From: a virus
Taxonomy: Duplodnaviria; Caudoviricetes
Virus record (IMG/VR): IMGVR_UViG_3300042852_000025
Span: 1-64,000 of that record
Reading direction: 5' to 3' (one strand)
DNA: 64,000 nucleotides
Positions 1 to 9,279 of this stretch are shown here, piece after piece (the first letter of the stretch is position 1; every line of letters begins with the position of its first letter). The notes below the pieces were generated by a model. The model did no database searches. It had not been told where the DNA came from and saw only the letters and a program-made list of their open reading frames with translations. The position numbers were made by a program, and so were the translations under genes.

Positions 1-135
1 CACTGCTACGTGTGCCTGACGCGGGCCACTTTCAGCACGGCAGCGGCCACTGGCTGGACCTTCGACGCGGACGGGGAACCGTTCCGCACCTACTACTGCC
101 CGGCCCACCGGCCGGACCTACGCAAAGGTGGTTAA
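1..135 (+). CDS. 3' end of hypothetical protein (partial)
   Basis: Frame 1 reads HCYVCL...YYCPAHRPDLRKGG* and stops 2 nt before the next ATG. Confidence 0.5.
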   Translation, partial: HCYVCLTRATFSTAAATGWTFDADGEPFRTYYCPAHRPDLRKGG

Positions 136-137
136 CC

Positions 138-743
138 ATGAAACGCCCAATGAGCAACGATGAACTGCTCCACCACCTCATGCTGTTCAGCAAGCACGGC
201 CCGCTGATGCAGCTGATCGTGATGGAAGGCCTGCGCAACTACGCCGACGCGATCATGAAGGCCCCACCGGGCTTTCTCGGTAGCGCCGCGCTGATGTTCG
301 ACGAAGGTGCCTGGCGCAACTGCTGCCAGGAGCTGCTGGACACGATGGCCAACCGTGAGCAGCTGCAGATCGAGGACATCGCCGCGATCGAAGAGGATGA
401 GCCCGAAGAACAGGGCGACCCGGCCGAGGCAGAAAGGGCCGGGCTGCACAAGACCTTGCTGCACCTGCTGGCCCAAGGTTGGAAGCCGATCGAGCTGTGG
501 GACACCGAGGAATGGTTGACCTTCGCCCCGGATCTGTCGCTGGAAGCGATGGTGAAGGAAGCCGCGCAAACCGACATGGCGACCCTGCGTCTGCGCCACA
601 CGGACGGCCGCGAAGGCTCGATCGGGCTGGTGTGGGGCAACAGCCCGCTTGAACTGATCGCCGACTACACCACCAGCCACGGCTTTGAGGAAGCGGTGGA
701 CGCCGCCCAGCGCAGCGTGTGGCCCAACTACCCGGAGGAATGA
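138..743 (+). CDS. Hypothetical protein
   Basis: ATG at 138 after AAGGTGG; part of a tightly packed + strand array. Confidence 0.7.
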   Translation: MKRPMSNDELLHHLMLFSKHGPLMQLIVMEGLRNYADAIMKAPPGFLGSAALMFDEGAWRNCCQELLDTMANREQLQIEDIAAIEEDEPEEQGDPAEAERAGLHKTLLHLLAQGWKPIELWDTEEWLTFAPDLSLEAMVKEAAQTDMATLRLRHTDGREGSIGLVWGNSPLELIADYTTSHGFEEAVDAAQRSVWPNYPEE

Positions 744-745
744 GG

Positions 746-931
746 GTGCCGGACTACACCGAACAAGCCCGCTCTATGAGCCTCACGGCACTGCGCGAGG
801 CACTTAGCTGGCAAAAGGCGTTGCGAGAACACGCCGATGAAAACATGCAGTTCCGCGAATACGGGTGGGCTGACCAGAAGGTCAAGGCCATCGAAGCGGA
901 ACTGCGCAACCGAGAGGAAACACAACCATGA
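746..931 (+). CDS. Hypothetical protein
   Basis: GTG start after GGAGG; stop overlaps next ATG. Confidence 0.6.
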   Translation: MPDYTEQARSMSLTALREALSWQKALREHADENMQFREYGWADQKVKAIEAELRNREETQP

Positions 932-1266
932 GCACAATCAAAACCACCAAACTGGCGCGAGCCGAAGCCGCCAGCGACCTGTTCGCCGAGCGCGACGGCG
1001 AGCTGCTGCAAGTCATGGTCCGCAGCCACGACAGCGCCCAAGGCTACTGGGGCAGGGGCTGGTCGATCCAGAACGCCATGCGTTCCGCCCAGTGGCTGAA
1101 AACCGGAGACTCCGTGCAGGTGTTCCTGTGCAGCCGGGGCGCTCGCTGTGGGCAGATCAATGGCGGTCTGTCGGAAGGGCAGATGGGCACCATCTACATC
1201 GGCAAGGTCACCGCCCAGCGCGACGTGCGGGTGACCCACCGCGTCGAAGTTCCCGCCGAGGCGTAA
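928..1266 (+). CDS. Hypothetical protein
   Basis: GAGGA RBS; ATGA overlap with previous gene. Confidence 0.7.
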   Translation: MSTIKTTKLARAEAASDLFAERDGELLQVMVRSHDSAQGYWGRGWSIQNAMRSAQWLKTGDSVQVFLCSRGARCGQINGGLSEGQMGTIYIGKVTAQRDVRVTHRVEVPAEA

Positions 1267-1310
1267 GCCTCGACACCCCACCAACCCCACCCGATAAGGG
1301 AGCAACAACC

Positions 1311-1886
1311 ATGAGCACCATCGAACTGTCCCGCAGTCAGGTCCAGAAACTGGTCGACCACTGCACCAAGCACGACCTCAAAACCTGGTTCGTCGCCAAG
1401 GACCACGGCGCCTACGTCGGCGCGTCCGCCGGCAGCGAGCCGGAACAGAAATGCGTCTTCTACTTTCAGGGCTGCGACCCGAGCAAGGACAAAGACTTCT
1501 ATGACACCGCCCACGCCAAGTTCGGCGGCGACGACTTCGGCGAACGCATGCCGGTGGCCGACCTGCAGAAGGCGTTGGACAACCCCCAAATGCTTTGCGT
1601 GGAGGTCAAGGTGACGGCGAAGGCGATCACGCTCGACGTGTTCGAAACCCCTGCGTCCAAGATCCCCAACACCGGCAGCGCCGCCGTGTACTACGGCGTG
1701 CGCAAACCCAACGGCAAGATCGGCTGCGTCAAGAAGGACGGGGTCGAGGCGGTGCTGCTGGAACTCTGTGGCGGTGGGCAGACCACGGCACAGACCGCCA
1801 AGGCCATGGAAGCCGGTCGCGAGCTGCGCGAGACGGGCAGCGTCACGGTCAAGGGCTACTGGATCGGCCCACTGGGCGAGGTGTGA
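1311..1886 (+). CDS. DUF3085-family protein with C-terminal extension
   Basis: KDHGAY...GCDP...GGDDFGE signature; AAGGGAG RBS. Confidence 0.75.
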   Translation: MSTIELSRSQVQKLVDHCTKHDLKTWFVAKDHGAYVGASAGSEPEQKCVFYFQGCDPSKDKDFYDTAHAKFGGDDFGERMPVADLQKALDNPQMLCVEVKVTAKAITLDVFETPASKIPNTGSAAVYYGVRKPNGKIGCVKKDGVEAVLLELCGGGQTTAQTAKAMEAGRELRETGSVTVKGYWIGPLGEV

Positions 1887-1887
1887 C

Positions 1888-2169
1888 ATGCCCCGCTACC
1901 TGATGAACCCCGCCACCGGCTCGGTCGACACCGAGGACAACTGGCGTTCTGAAATGCCCACTTGGGAAGGCGACCAGCAGGCGCAATTTGATGCACTGGT
2001 TGAGGTGACCATTACCCCTGACGACGAGGATGGCATTTGCGAGTGGATCAACTGCATCAACGCCAGCGTAGATGCTGACGGCGACGTGTGGGTCGATGGG
2101 CTGGATCGCGGCCACTGGCTCAGCGACGAGCAGAAAGCCAAGTACCTGACCTGGAGGGGCCAGCCATGA
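1888..2169 (+). CDS. Hypothetical acidic protein
   Basis: GAGGTG RBS; starts 1 nt after previous stop. Confidence 0.65.
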   Translation: MPRYLMNPATGSVDTEDNWRSEMPTWEGDQQAQFDALVEVTITPDDEDGICEWINCINASVDADGDVWVDGLDRGHWLSDEQKAKYLTWRGQP

Positions 2170-2363
2170 ACAAGCCCATCCTGATCGCCGCGGACGGCCG
2201 CAAGAACGGCCTGGAAGCCTGGGCGCTGTTCGACCCGACCATCCCGGGCTATGAGCTGTTCGCCAGCCAGGCCTGCAACGATTACTTCGGCGATGCCGAC
2301 ACCCTGGAAGACTGCAAGAAAGTCGCGCAAGCCTGGTTCGACCAGCGCGCCAGCGAGCAATAA
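2166..2363 (+). CDS. Hypothetical protein
   Basis: GGAGG RBS; ATGA overlap. Confidence 0.65.
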   Translation: MNKPILIAADGRKNGLEAWALFDPTIPGYELFASQACNDYFGDADTLEDCKKVAQAWFDQRASEQ

Positions 2364-2451
2364 CCCCGCACCACCCCGTAACCCCCAACCCCAATAAGGC
2401 CAGCCAACTACCCCGGCAGGCCTAAACTTGCCTGTAGAAAGGAGAAACACC

Positions 2452-3285
2452 ATGCAACTGTCCCGTAACTTCGCTGCCAACGCCAACAGCCTGCGCAGCC
2501 ATATCGCCCTGACCGACGACCAGATTTTCCGGGTCGCCCCCTCGATCTTTGCGCAGGAACCGCACGGTTCGCGCAGCGAACGTTATGCCTACATCCCGAC
2601 CATCGACGTGCTCAACGGCCTGCGCAAGGAAGGCTTCGAACCCTTCGCCGTGGTGCAGTCCAAGTGCCGCCTGGAAGGCAAGAGCGAGTTCACCAAGCAC
2701 ATGATCCGCATGCGCCACGCCAACAACATCCTGGCCCCGCAGGCCAACGAGATTGTCCTGCTCAACAGCCACGACGGCACGTCGTCCTATCAGATGCTGG
2801 CCGGGTGTTTCCGCTTCGTCTGCCAGAACGGCATGATTGCCGGCGACATCCTGGAAGACATCCGCATTGGCCACCGCGGCGACGTGATGGGCAACGTGAT
2901 CGAGGGTGCCTACACCGTGCTGCAGGGCTTCGACCTGGTCGACGAATCCCGCGAGAACATGCAGCAGACCCGCCTCAGTTACGAGGAACAGGCGGTATTC
3001 GCCCGCTCGGCGCTGATGCTGCGCTACGACACCGAGGACGCCGGCAAGGCGCCGATCCAGGCCGACCAGCTGCTCAAGCCGCACCGCCGGGAAGACATTG
3101 GTACCGACCTGTGGTCGACCTTCAACGTGATTCAGGAAAACGCCTTGAAGGGCGGGTTGCGTGGCCGCACGGCCAACAACGCCCGCACCACCACCCGCGC
3201 CGTCACCGGCATCAGCCAGGACATGAAACTTAACCAGGCCCTGTGGGCACTCGCCGAGGGCATGCGCCAGTTGAAAGCCGCCTGA
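2452..3285 (+). CDS. DUF932-family protein
   Basis: SRSERYAYIPTI, FTKHMIR, LLNSHDGTSSYQMLAG, DLWSTFNVIQEN motifs; AAGGAG RBS. Confidence 0.92.
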   Translation: MQLSRNFAANANSLRSHIALTDDQIFRVAPSIFAQEPHGSRSERYAYIPTIDVLNGLRKEGFEPFAVVQSKCRLEGKSEFTKHMIRMRHANNILAPQANEIVLLNSHDGTSSYQMLAGCFRFVCQNGMIAGDILEDIRIGHRGDVMGNVIEGAYTVLQGFDLVDESRENMQQTRLSYEEQAVFARSALMLRYDTEDAGKAPIQADQLLKPHRREDIGTDLWSTFNVIQENALKGGLRGRTANNARTTTRAVTGISQDMKLNQALWALAEGMRQLKAA

Positions 3286-3368
3286 CGGCGGGCACGTTGG
3301 AACCGGACGCGGCTGGTAGACTGTCGGTCTACCCGCCGCCCCCCTCACTCTTTAAGTGACTCACTGCC

Positions 3369-3995
3369 ATGAGCAAAAAACCGATCGATCCCGCCCGACT
3401 GATTCCCGTCGAGCAACTGCCCGCCCTGCGCCAGCAGGCCGAGGAACAAGCCCACGTCAACGTCGACCGCCTGAACGCCAAGACCCGCAGGGCAGCGACC
3501 CTTGGCGATGACGCGATGGAGATTGCCCGACTGCCCCTCAGTCAGCGCATCCGCTACAACAAACTGGTCAAGCTGGTGGACGCGGCCAGTGCCGACATCC
3601 TGCCGTTCACCGCCTGCCGCAAAGGGTGCAGCCACTGCTGCAACATCGCGGCGTTGATTTCCGATGTCGAAGCGCAGCGCATCGGCGAAGCGATCGGACG
3701 CAAGCCGGTGAAGACCGGCGCGTTTCCGGCCGATGTCCCCGCGCTGCAGAAGAAATACTTTGGCGTGCCTTGCACCTTCTTGAAGGGTGGGCGCTGCTCG
3801 ATCTACGAGGTTCGCCCGCTGGCCTGCCGACTGCACTTCAGCATGGCCGACGACTCGTTCTTCTGTTCCACCGCGATTGCCCCGCAGAACAGCCTGGTGC
3901 CGGCGCTCAACCTGCAGGGCGTCGACCGGGCACTGTTTATGATGACGCTCGGGTCGATGCACGCGGACATCCGCGACTTTTTTCCGAAGAGGTGA
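3369..3995 (+). CDS. YkgJ-family (CxxCxxCC) Zn/Fe cluster protein
   Basis: CRKGCSHCC ... CTFL...CSIYEVRPLACR. Confidence 0.88.
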   Translation: MSKKPIDPARLIPVEQLPALRQQAEEQAHVNVDRLNAKTRRAATLGDDAMEIARLPLSQRIRYNKLVKLVDAASADILPFTACRKGCSHCCNIAALISDVEAQRIGEAIGRKPVKTGAFPADVPALQKKYFGVPCTFLKGGRCSIYEVRPLACRLHFSMADDSFFCSTAIAPQNSLVPALNLQGVDRALFMMTLGSMHADIRDFFPKR

Positions 3996-4189
3996 CGAGG
4001 GGAGGGGCAAAGGCCGTGTCTGTCCGTTCTGACTAATCGCGCATCTTTCAGCGCGGTAGACGCAACCCCGTCCTTTCTGCGTGAGTGCCGGCTTATGGGG
4101 AGAATTCGTCCGGCAGCACCTTTGCCCCTCGCTACAACTCTAGATCAACCTGTTCGGTCGAGCAAAGCACGCCGACAACCGTGTTACAT

Positions 4190-4231
4190 GAACTCATAAT
4201 TCACTATTCACATATATGAATTGCGTATTCA
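4190..4231. repeat. Heptad repeats upstream of parA (putative centromere/operator)
   Basis: GAACTCA-TAATTCA-CTATTCA in tandem, inverted TGAATTG at 4217-4223, GTATTCA at 4225-4231. Confidence 0.6.
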
Positions 4232-4301
4232 TGGCGCTGACACTAGGCTCATCACCGGTACTGTGTACCAATGGGATTTAAAACTGGTGAGGGCCAATTT
4301 T

Positions 4302-4943
4302 ATGATTGTCGTCGTGGGCTCCAACAAGGGCGGGGTTTCGAAGACCACCACCTGCATAAATATTGCGATCGGCCTGACGCTTAGAGGCAAGGAAGTCATC
4401 GTGCTCGATGCTGACTTCCAGGGCAGCTTCGGGATCTGGAACGGCCACCGCGAAGAGGCACAGCGCGAGCCGGTGATCACCATGGCGAACAAGTACGGCA
4501 ACCTGGTCAACACCGTGGCCAGCCTGGCGAACAAGTACGAACACGTCCTGATCGACGTGGCTGGGCGCAACAGTCAGGAACTGATCACCTCCATGGTCGT
4601 GGCGGACATCGTGATAGCCCCGCACCAGAGCGGGGATCTCGACATCGCCACGCTCAAGCAACTGCGCAAGCAGTACGCCGAGATTTCGCTGGCGAACCCG
4701 AAGCTGCGCGTGCTGATTTACCAGACCATTGGCACCACCCACGCCAAGGGCAGGATCAAGGAACGGGCCGAGTTCCTTAAAGATTTGGCGGATTACCCCG
4801 AGTTCGAAGTGCTGAACAGCATAAGCCGGCACCGCCAAGCCTACAAAGACAGCGTTAAGCGGGGCCTGTCGGTGCTGGAGTACGACGACCCGCTGGCGAA
4901 AGAAGAAATCAACGATCTATTGAATGAGGTGTTTCATGACTAA
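4302..4943 (+). CDS. parA: ParA-family partition ATPase (short, type Ib-like)
   Basis: Deviant Walker A KGGVSKTT, LDADFQGS, VLIDVAG; no N-terminal HTH. Confidence 0.92.
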   Translation: MIVVVGSNKGGVSKTTTCINIAIGLTLRGKEVIVLDADFQGSFGIWNGHREEAQREPVITMANKYGNLVNTVASLANKYEHVLIDVAGRNSQELITSMVVADIVIAPHQSGDLDIATLKQLRKQYAEISLANPKLRVLIYQTIGTTHAKGRIKERAEFLKDLADYPEFEVLNSISRHRQAYKDSVKRGLSVLEYDDPLAKEEINDLLNEVFHD

Positions 4944-5181
4944 GGCAACGGCGGTGAAGACGGCCGCACAAATCGCGGACGAATTGACCAAACGCTTGGC
5001 CGACGTGCCGGCAGAGGGCGAGAAGGATGTCCCGGCGTCCATCACCATCAGCCTGCCGAAGTCGTTTATCCGCGAGCTGGAGCGCCGCCGGCTGGAGAAC
5101 AAGGACACCGCCGCCGGGCCGAAGACCATCAGCGGGCTGATCAAGGCGGCGCTGGAAAAAGACGGCTACGGGGTGCTGTGA
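4936..5181 (+). CDS. Small ParA partner, putative ribbon-helix-helix centromere-binding protein
   Basis: Overlaps parA stop; SITISLP beta-strand followed by two helices (TISGLIKAAL). Confidence 0.7.
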   Translation: MTKATAVKTAAQIADELTKRLADVPAEGEKDVPASITISLPKSFIRELERRRLENKDTAAGPKTISGLIKAALEKDGYGVL

Positions 5182-5182
5182 C

Positions 5183-5635
5183 ATGCGCCCAGGACTGAGA
5201 GAACACATCGAAAGGGACATCACCAAGCTCGGGTTCACCACGATCGCGGTGGGCGACGACCCGGCGGGCTGGTTCGCCTACACCGTGGGCCTCACCGAAC
5301 TGGGGCACCCGGAAATCTTGATCAGCGGGCTGCGTGGGGACTACTGCCACGGGGTGTTCTGGAACGCCTACAACGCGATCAAGAAAGGGCACAGCTTCAA
5401 GGCCGGGCAGGAAGACGACACGCTCGGGCACCTGACCTGTGCCTTCAAGACCCTGAGCCCGGAGGCGGCGGAAAAATTCTGCGCGCAGGCGCTGTACTTC
5501 TACGAGGACAAGCCGAAGACGCCGACCTTCGTGCAGCTGGTGATGCCGGACAAGGCCGGGCGCCTGCCGTGGCAACCGGGCTACGACGCCCAGCTGATGA
5601 AGGTGCAGCGTCACCTGTGGGTGCAGCTGCACTGA
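5183..5635 (+). CDS. DUF4262-family protein
   Basis: FAYTVGLT..GHPEI..SGL and QLVMPD..GRLPW motifs. Confidence 0.85.
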   Translation: MRPGLREHIERDITKLGFTTIAVGDDPAGWFAYTVGLTELGHPEILISGLRGDYCHGVFWNAYNAIKKGHSFKAGQEDDTLGHLTCAFKTLSPEAAEKFCAQALYFYEDKPKTPTFVQLVMPDKAGRLPWQPGYDAQLMKVQRHLWVQLH

Positions 5636-5698
5636 CCTTGCTGGCCATCTGCAACCAAGGCAATGTGTGGGGAGATTTCCAAAAACAAGGAAGCCCCC

Positions 5699-5917
5699 AT
5701 GCGTTCACCGCCCCCCTCCCGCCGCATCACCTACGATCTTTTCCATGTGCAGGGCCTGTACGTCGGCCACGGCTGGGTGTCCCTGCTCAGTACCTTCGAC
5801 CGCGACGAAGCGGACGCCTGCCTGCGCCAGCAGCGCGCCAGGAACCCGCTGGTCACCTACCGGATTGAACCCCAGCGCGTGCGCAGCAAGACCGTGCAAA
5901 CCGTGGGGCTCAGCTGA
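5699..5917 (+). CDS. Hypothetical protein
   Basis: AAGGA RBS; stop/start overlap with next gene. Confidence 0.55.
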   Translation: MRSPPPSRRITYDLFHVQGLYVGHGWVSLLSTFDRDEADACLRQQRARNPLVTYRIEPQRVRSKTVQTVGLS

Positions 5918-6171
5918 TGGCCGCCCGGTACAACGCGGTTGACGCCGTGCTGCTGATCGTCCTCGCCGCCCGCATCCACAAGACCGACGCCGCCGTGCGT
6001 GCGGTGGCCCGCAACATCCTGCACCAGCTACCCCAAGCCGACCGCCACGGCGTGCGCAAGATCATGAACAGCAAGTACCCGCTACTGGTGGCCGAACGGC
6101 TGCTCGACTGCTGGGCGCTTGTGCATGGCGAAGTACCCCCCAAACCACCCGACAAGGGAGCGACACCATGA
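5917..6171 (+). CDS. Hypothetical protein
   Basis: Translationally coupled on both sides. Confidence 0.65.
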   Translation: MAARYNAVDAVLLIVLAARIHKTDAAVRAVARNILHQLPQADRHGVRKIMNSKYPLLVAERLLDCWALVHGEVPPKPPDKGATP

Positions 6172-6647
6172 AACGCACGATCAATAACCCCACCCATGAA
6201 CAAGCCTGCGCCGTGCTGCGCTTCGCCAAAAGCAACGGGCTCCCCTGGAAACGTGCTTTGGCTGAACACTGGATGAATGAGTGTTCAGCGCACCGTCTGA
6301 GTGACGGCGACCGGGCGCTGCTGCGCCAGGTGCGCAACCAATGCGGCCCGCTGTGGCTGGAACAGGTCAGGGTGCCTGAGCTGACCGCGACCTGCGTGCT
6401 GCCCACCATGAAGGTCTGCGCGATCCTCGCGAAAACCCACTACGGGTTGACGCCCGCCGACCTGGGCATTGAAGACCGGGAGCTGACCGCCTGCATCCTG
6501 GAAGGGGAGAGCCTGGTGGAGGTGATCAACCGCCCGGCACAGAAGTACGAGCTGGTCCGCCTCGACAAGTCGCACTACGGCGTACCCTCGACCGACCCGC
6601 TCAACGCCGAGGATCTGGCCGCCGCAATCGCGCAACTCGACGCCTGA
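6168..6647 (+). CDS. Two-domain protein with C-terminal CbtA/YeeV-like toxin domain
   Basis: HYGLTPAD...EGESLVEVIN..AQKYELVRLD resembles CbtA HYGLTLND...AGISLCDAVN..VEKYALVRTD. Confidence 0.7.
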   Translation: MKRTINNPTHEQACAVLRFAKSNGLPWKRALAEHWMNECSAHRLSDGDRALLRQVRNQCGPLWLEQVRVPELTATCVLPTMKVCAILAKTHYGLTPADLGIEDRELTACILEGESLVEVINRPAQKYELVRLDKSHYGVPSTDPLNAEDLAAAIAQLDA

Positions 6648-6726
6648 TTTATGGCTTTCTAACATCGGGTTTGGGAACCCCGACTATCGTTAAATAACGA
6701 GGGCGCAAGTTGATCGGAGAATCGAC

Positions 6727-6966
6727 GTGCATGTAGTCAGTAAAAAGCGGTGGCAGATCGAGACAGGCCGTGTCGACTTCACCGAAACCGTCATTCAATG
6801 CGCCGATTTCTCTGCTGTGCTGGCCGCGCTTACCGGCTACCGCCTGCAGAACGGCACGCCCCCTGTGGAACCACGAATCTTGTTCGGGTTGTTTGACCCG
6901 AAGGTTCAAGCCTGCCCGGTCGCTTTATGGGCGACCGATGGGCTGGCCGACAACCGGCTGCAATAG
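6727..6966 (+). CDS. Hypothetical protein
   Basis: GGAG RBS upstream of GTG. Confidence 0.45.
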   Translation: MHVVSKKRWQIETGRVDFTETVIQCADFSAVLAALTGYRLQNGTPPVEPRILFGLFDPKVQACPVALWATDGLADNRLQ

Positions 6967-7007
6967 GACATAACTAAACGGCTGAATGATCAGCCTCGGA
7001 GCCCGAC

Positions 7008-7541
7008 ATGTTCATGATGAATTCATTGGTTTGCATCGAACCCCCAGTCATTGCCCCCCCAGTCACCCCTCGTGCAGGCACGGCCACGCCGTTGAGCCTG
7101 CGCGTCCTGCGGCGAACATTGCCGTGCGGGACCGAGATTTTGGGGGTGGCGGTGCAGGTCAAGCATCGTGAACTGATGTACAGCATCGTGGCCTTGCCCG
7201 GGTTTGAAGGCGGCGGCAGGGATGCAGACGGCTGCATGATGCCGCGCAGTGTGAGCGCGGCGTACACCCCGAAGGTCTACAACCCTGAGAGTCAGGCGCA
7301 GGAGCCGGTATGGCCGCCCCTGCTGCCGTCCATGCGCCTGGTCAACGGCCATGAGTACGCCGACTGGCAGTTCCCGGAAACCTCGCTCACGCGCCGCCTG
7401 GAACGCACCTACGCCCGCGCCGAGCCGCTGCTGCTCCAGCTGTGCAACCTGATCCAGGTCAAGCTGGTCAAGGGCTCGCGCAAGCAGGTGTCCACCACCG
7501 TGCTGGTTGAACGGATCAATGAGCTGCTGGCCAACGCATGA
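7008..7541 (+). CDS. Hypothetical protein
   Basis: GGAG RBS; GC-rich third codon positions. Confidence 0.65.
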   Translation: MFMMNSLVCIEPPVIAPPVTPRAGTATPLSLRVLRRTLPCGTEILGVAVQVKHRELMYSIVALPGFEGGGRDADGCMMPRSVSAAYTPKVYNPESQAQEPVWPPLLPSMRLVNGHEYADWQFPETSLTRRLERTYARAEPLLLQLCNLIQVKLVKGSRKQVSTTVLVERINELLANA

Positions 7542-7550
7542 GGGCCGGAT

Positions 7551-7769
7551 ATGTTCTGGATTCTGCAAGCCAAGACGTACCTGGAAGCCTGGTGGGCCAA
7601 GCTGTTCGCGCTGCGCGATAACTACTACCTGGTCACCCTGGAACAACCCAACGGGACACGTCGACAGGTGCCGGTGATGGCCGTCGACGTTGAAGCGGCC
7701 TACATCTGGCTGGGCCAGCACTACCCAGCAGACGACGTTATCGACGTCCAACTGCAGAAGTGGGGATGA
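7551..7769 (+). CDS. Hypothetical protein
   Basis: GAGG RBS; in array. Confidence 0.6.
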   Translation: MFWILQAKTYLEAWWAKLFALRDNYYLVTLEQPNGTRRQVPVMAVDVEAAYIWLGQHYPADDVIDVQLQKWG

Positions 7770-8167
7770 GCATCATGGGGTACCCGTCACGCAACCAGCT
7801 CGACCTGTTTCCGCAGCCCGGGAACTACGAGGAAGTCCACGGCGACCTCTACGACCGGCGCACCGGCAAGCGGTTGCGCACCGGTTACCGTGACGTGTTC
7901 TACCAGATCAGCGACGGGCACCAGCTGCGCGCCACGCTGCGCTTTCTGGAGGACGCCGTGGAAGGCCGGCGCTTCGTCTGCACCACCGACGAAGGCCGGG
8001 CGATCTGCCGGCACTGCATGCGCTCGCTGCTGCGTGACCTGCTCTTTGGCTTGCGCCACCCGGAGAGTTACCTGCTGCGGGTGGTGTCCACCGAACCACG
8101 GTACTCAGAACCGTTGTGTTGTGATTGCTGTGACGACGAAATCCCCCCGATTGAGGACCGGCCATGA
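7766..8167 (+). CDS. Hypothetical Cys-rich protein
   Basis: CRHC and CCDCC motifs; ATGA overlaps at both ends. Confidence 0.6.
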   Translation: MSIMGYPSRNQLDLFPQPGNYEEVHGDLYDRRTGKRLRTGYRDVFYQISDGHQLRATLRFLEDAVEGRRFVCTTDEGRAICRHCMRSLLRDLLFGLRHPESYLLRVVSTEPRYSEPLCCDCCDDEIPPIEDRP

Positions 8168-8433
8168 ACGCACACCCCCTGTCCGCGCAGATCCTCACCG
8201 CCTGTCGAAAAGCTCGCGGGGAGGGACAGTTCCTCGACATCGACTTTATGCTGCCCTCGGTGCTGTATAACCGCGGCGCCGGCACCGAGTTCCACTTTCA
8301 GGAAGCGGGGGCACAGACCCTGTTCGAACGCTACCGCCCGGTGGCTGAACAGACCGGCCTGCCGATGAAGGAGGTGCTGTTGTGGGCTGCGCAGGAATGG
8401 GACCTAAGCGGCAGCAAGCTAACACTGGGCTGA
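8164..8433 (+). CDS. Hypothetical protein
   Basis: GAGGA RBS; ATGA overlap. Confidence 0.6.
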   Translation: MNAHPLSAQILTACRKARGEGQFLDIDFMLPSVLYNRGAGTEFHFQEAGAQTLFERYRPVAEQTGLPMKEVLLWAAQEWDLSGSKLTLG

Positions 8434-8521
8434 CCTAACTCAAGAGGTGGAAAAACTAACGGCGTAGTCTAGTCGAAGTTTTCAGCTGCGCGAGGTTAAT
8501 GGCCTTTTGTTGTCAAGGGGT

Positions 8522-8530
8522 TGATATTAT
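8522..8530 (+). promoter_or_regulatory. Putative extended -10 promoter
   Basis: TGaTATTAT in AT-rich gap upstream of the 8596-10059 block. Confidence 0.4.
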
Positions 8531-8595
8531 TTTAAATGATAGGCACCTTACAGCTCACGGACTGACTGGCAACACAACAATTAGGAGCCAAGCGA

Positions 8596-9213
8596 ATGGC
8601 TTTAAATGCGGGATCAGGATTTAGCAAGCTGGCGGAAATGGACTCTCAGATACAGGCGGTGCTAGCTGCCTACGTTGAAGAACCTACCCCCAAACACCAG
8701 CCCTTCGTCTCAAAGAAAAAAGAAGCTCGACGCCTGCGTGAGGCCAAGGATCGAGAGCTAGCTGCGCTCCGGGACGCCCCCTTAGAAGAGTTAATTTTTT
8801 CCTACACTGCCCCTGATCAGCAGCCCACGCTAGCCGCTAAGCAGCAGGCCGAGCGCGATGAACTTGAGCAGCAGATGCGCTTAGCATTAGGCATCGACAG
8901 CATTACTTCCGCTACCGTCACCCCGCCGAAACCTAAAGCGAAAGCCGCTATCAAGCCGCTCGTTGCTAAGCCGAGTGTTCCGGTTACGGTGAAGCCCCGT
9001 GTTGAATTTAGTCTGCTCAAACGTAGCATCGAAGTGCTGTTGCGCATCCGCCGGCCGGACGGTCTGGAACTGCCGTTCTTCCACGTAGAATCCCACGGTA
9101 GCCAGTTAGAAGCCGAACTGGCAGCGGGCCGCAAGGCGTGTGGCTACGGCTTCACGGTGCTCTCCACGATCCAGATCAGCATCAAAGAAGAACTCTGCGA
9201 ACACCACGCTTAG
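8596..9213 (+). CDS. Hypothetical protein
   Basis: AGGAG RBS; visibly more AT-rich codons; followed by terminator. Confidence 0.7.
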   Translation: MALNAGSGFSKLAEMDSQIQAVLAAYVEEPTPKHQPFVSKKKEARRLREAKDRELAALRDAPLEELIFSYTAPDQQPTLAAKQQAERDELEQQMRLALGIDSITSATVTPPKPKAKAAIKPLVAKPSVPVTVKPRVEFSLLKRSIEVLLRIRRPDGLELPFFHVESHGSQLEAELAAGRKACGYGFTVLSTIQISIKEELCEHHA

Positions 9214-9229
9214 TAATCAAATCCTGCAC

Positions 9230-9259
9230 CGGGCTGCCGTTTCGGCAGCCCGTTTTATT
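9230..9259 (+). terminator. Intrinsic terminator
   Basis: CGGGCTGCCG-TTT-CGGCAGCCCG followed by TTTTATT. Confidence 0.75.
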
Positions 9260-9279
9260 TCAGTAGTAAGGAATCGGTC

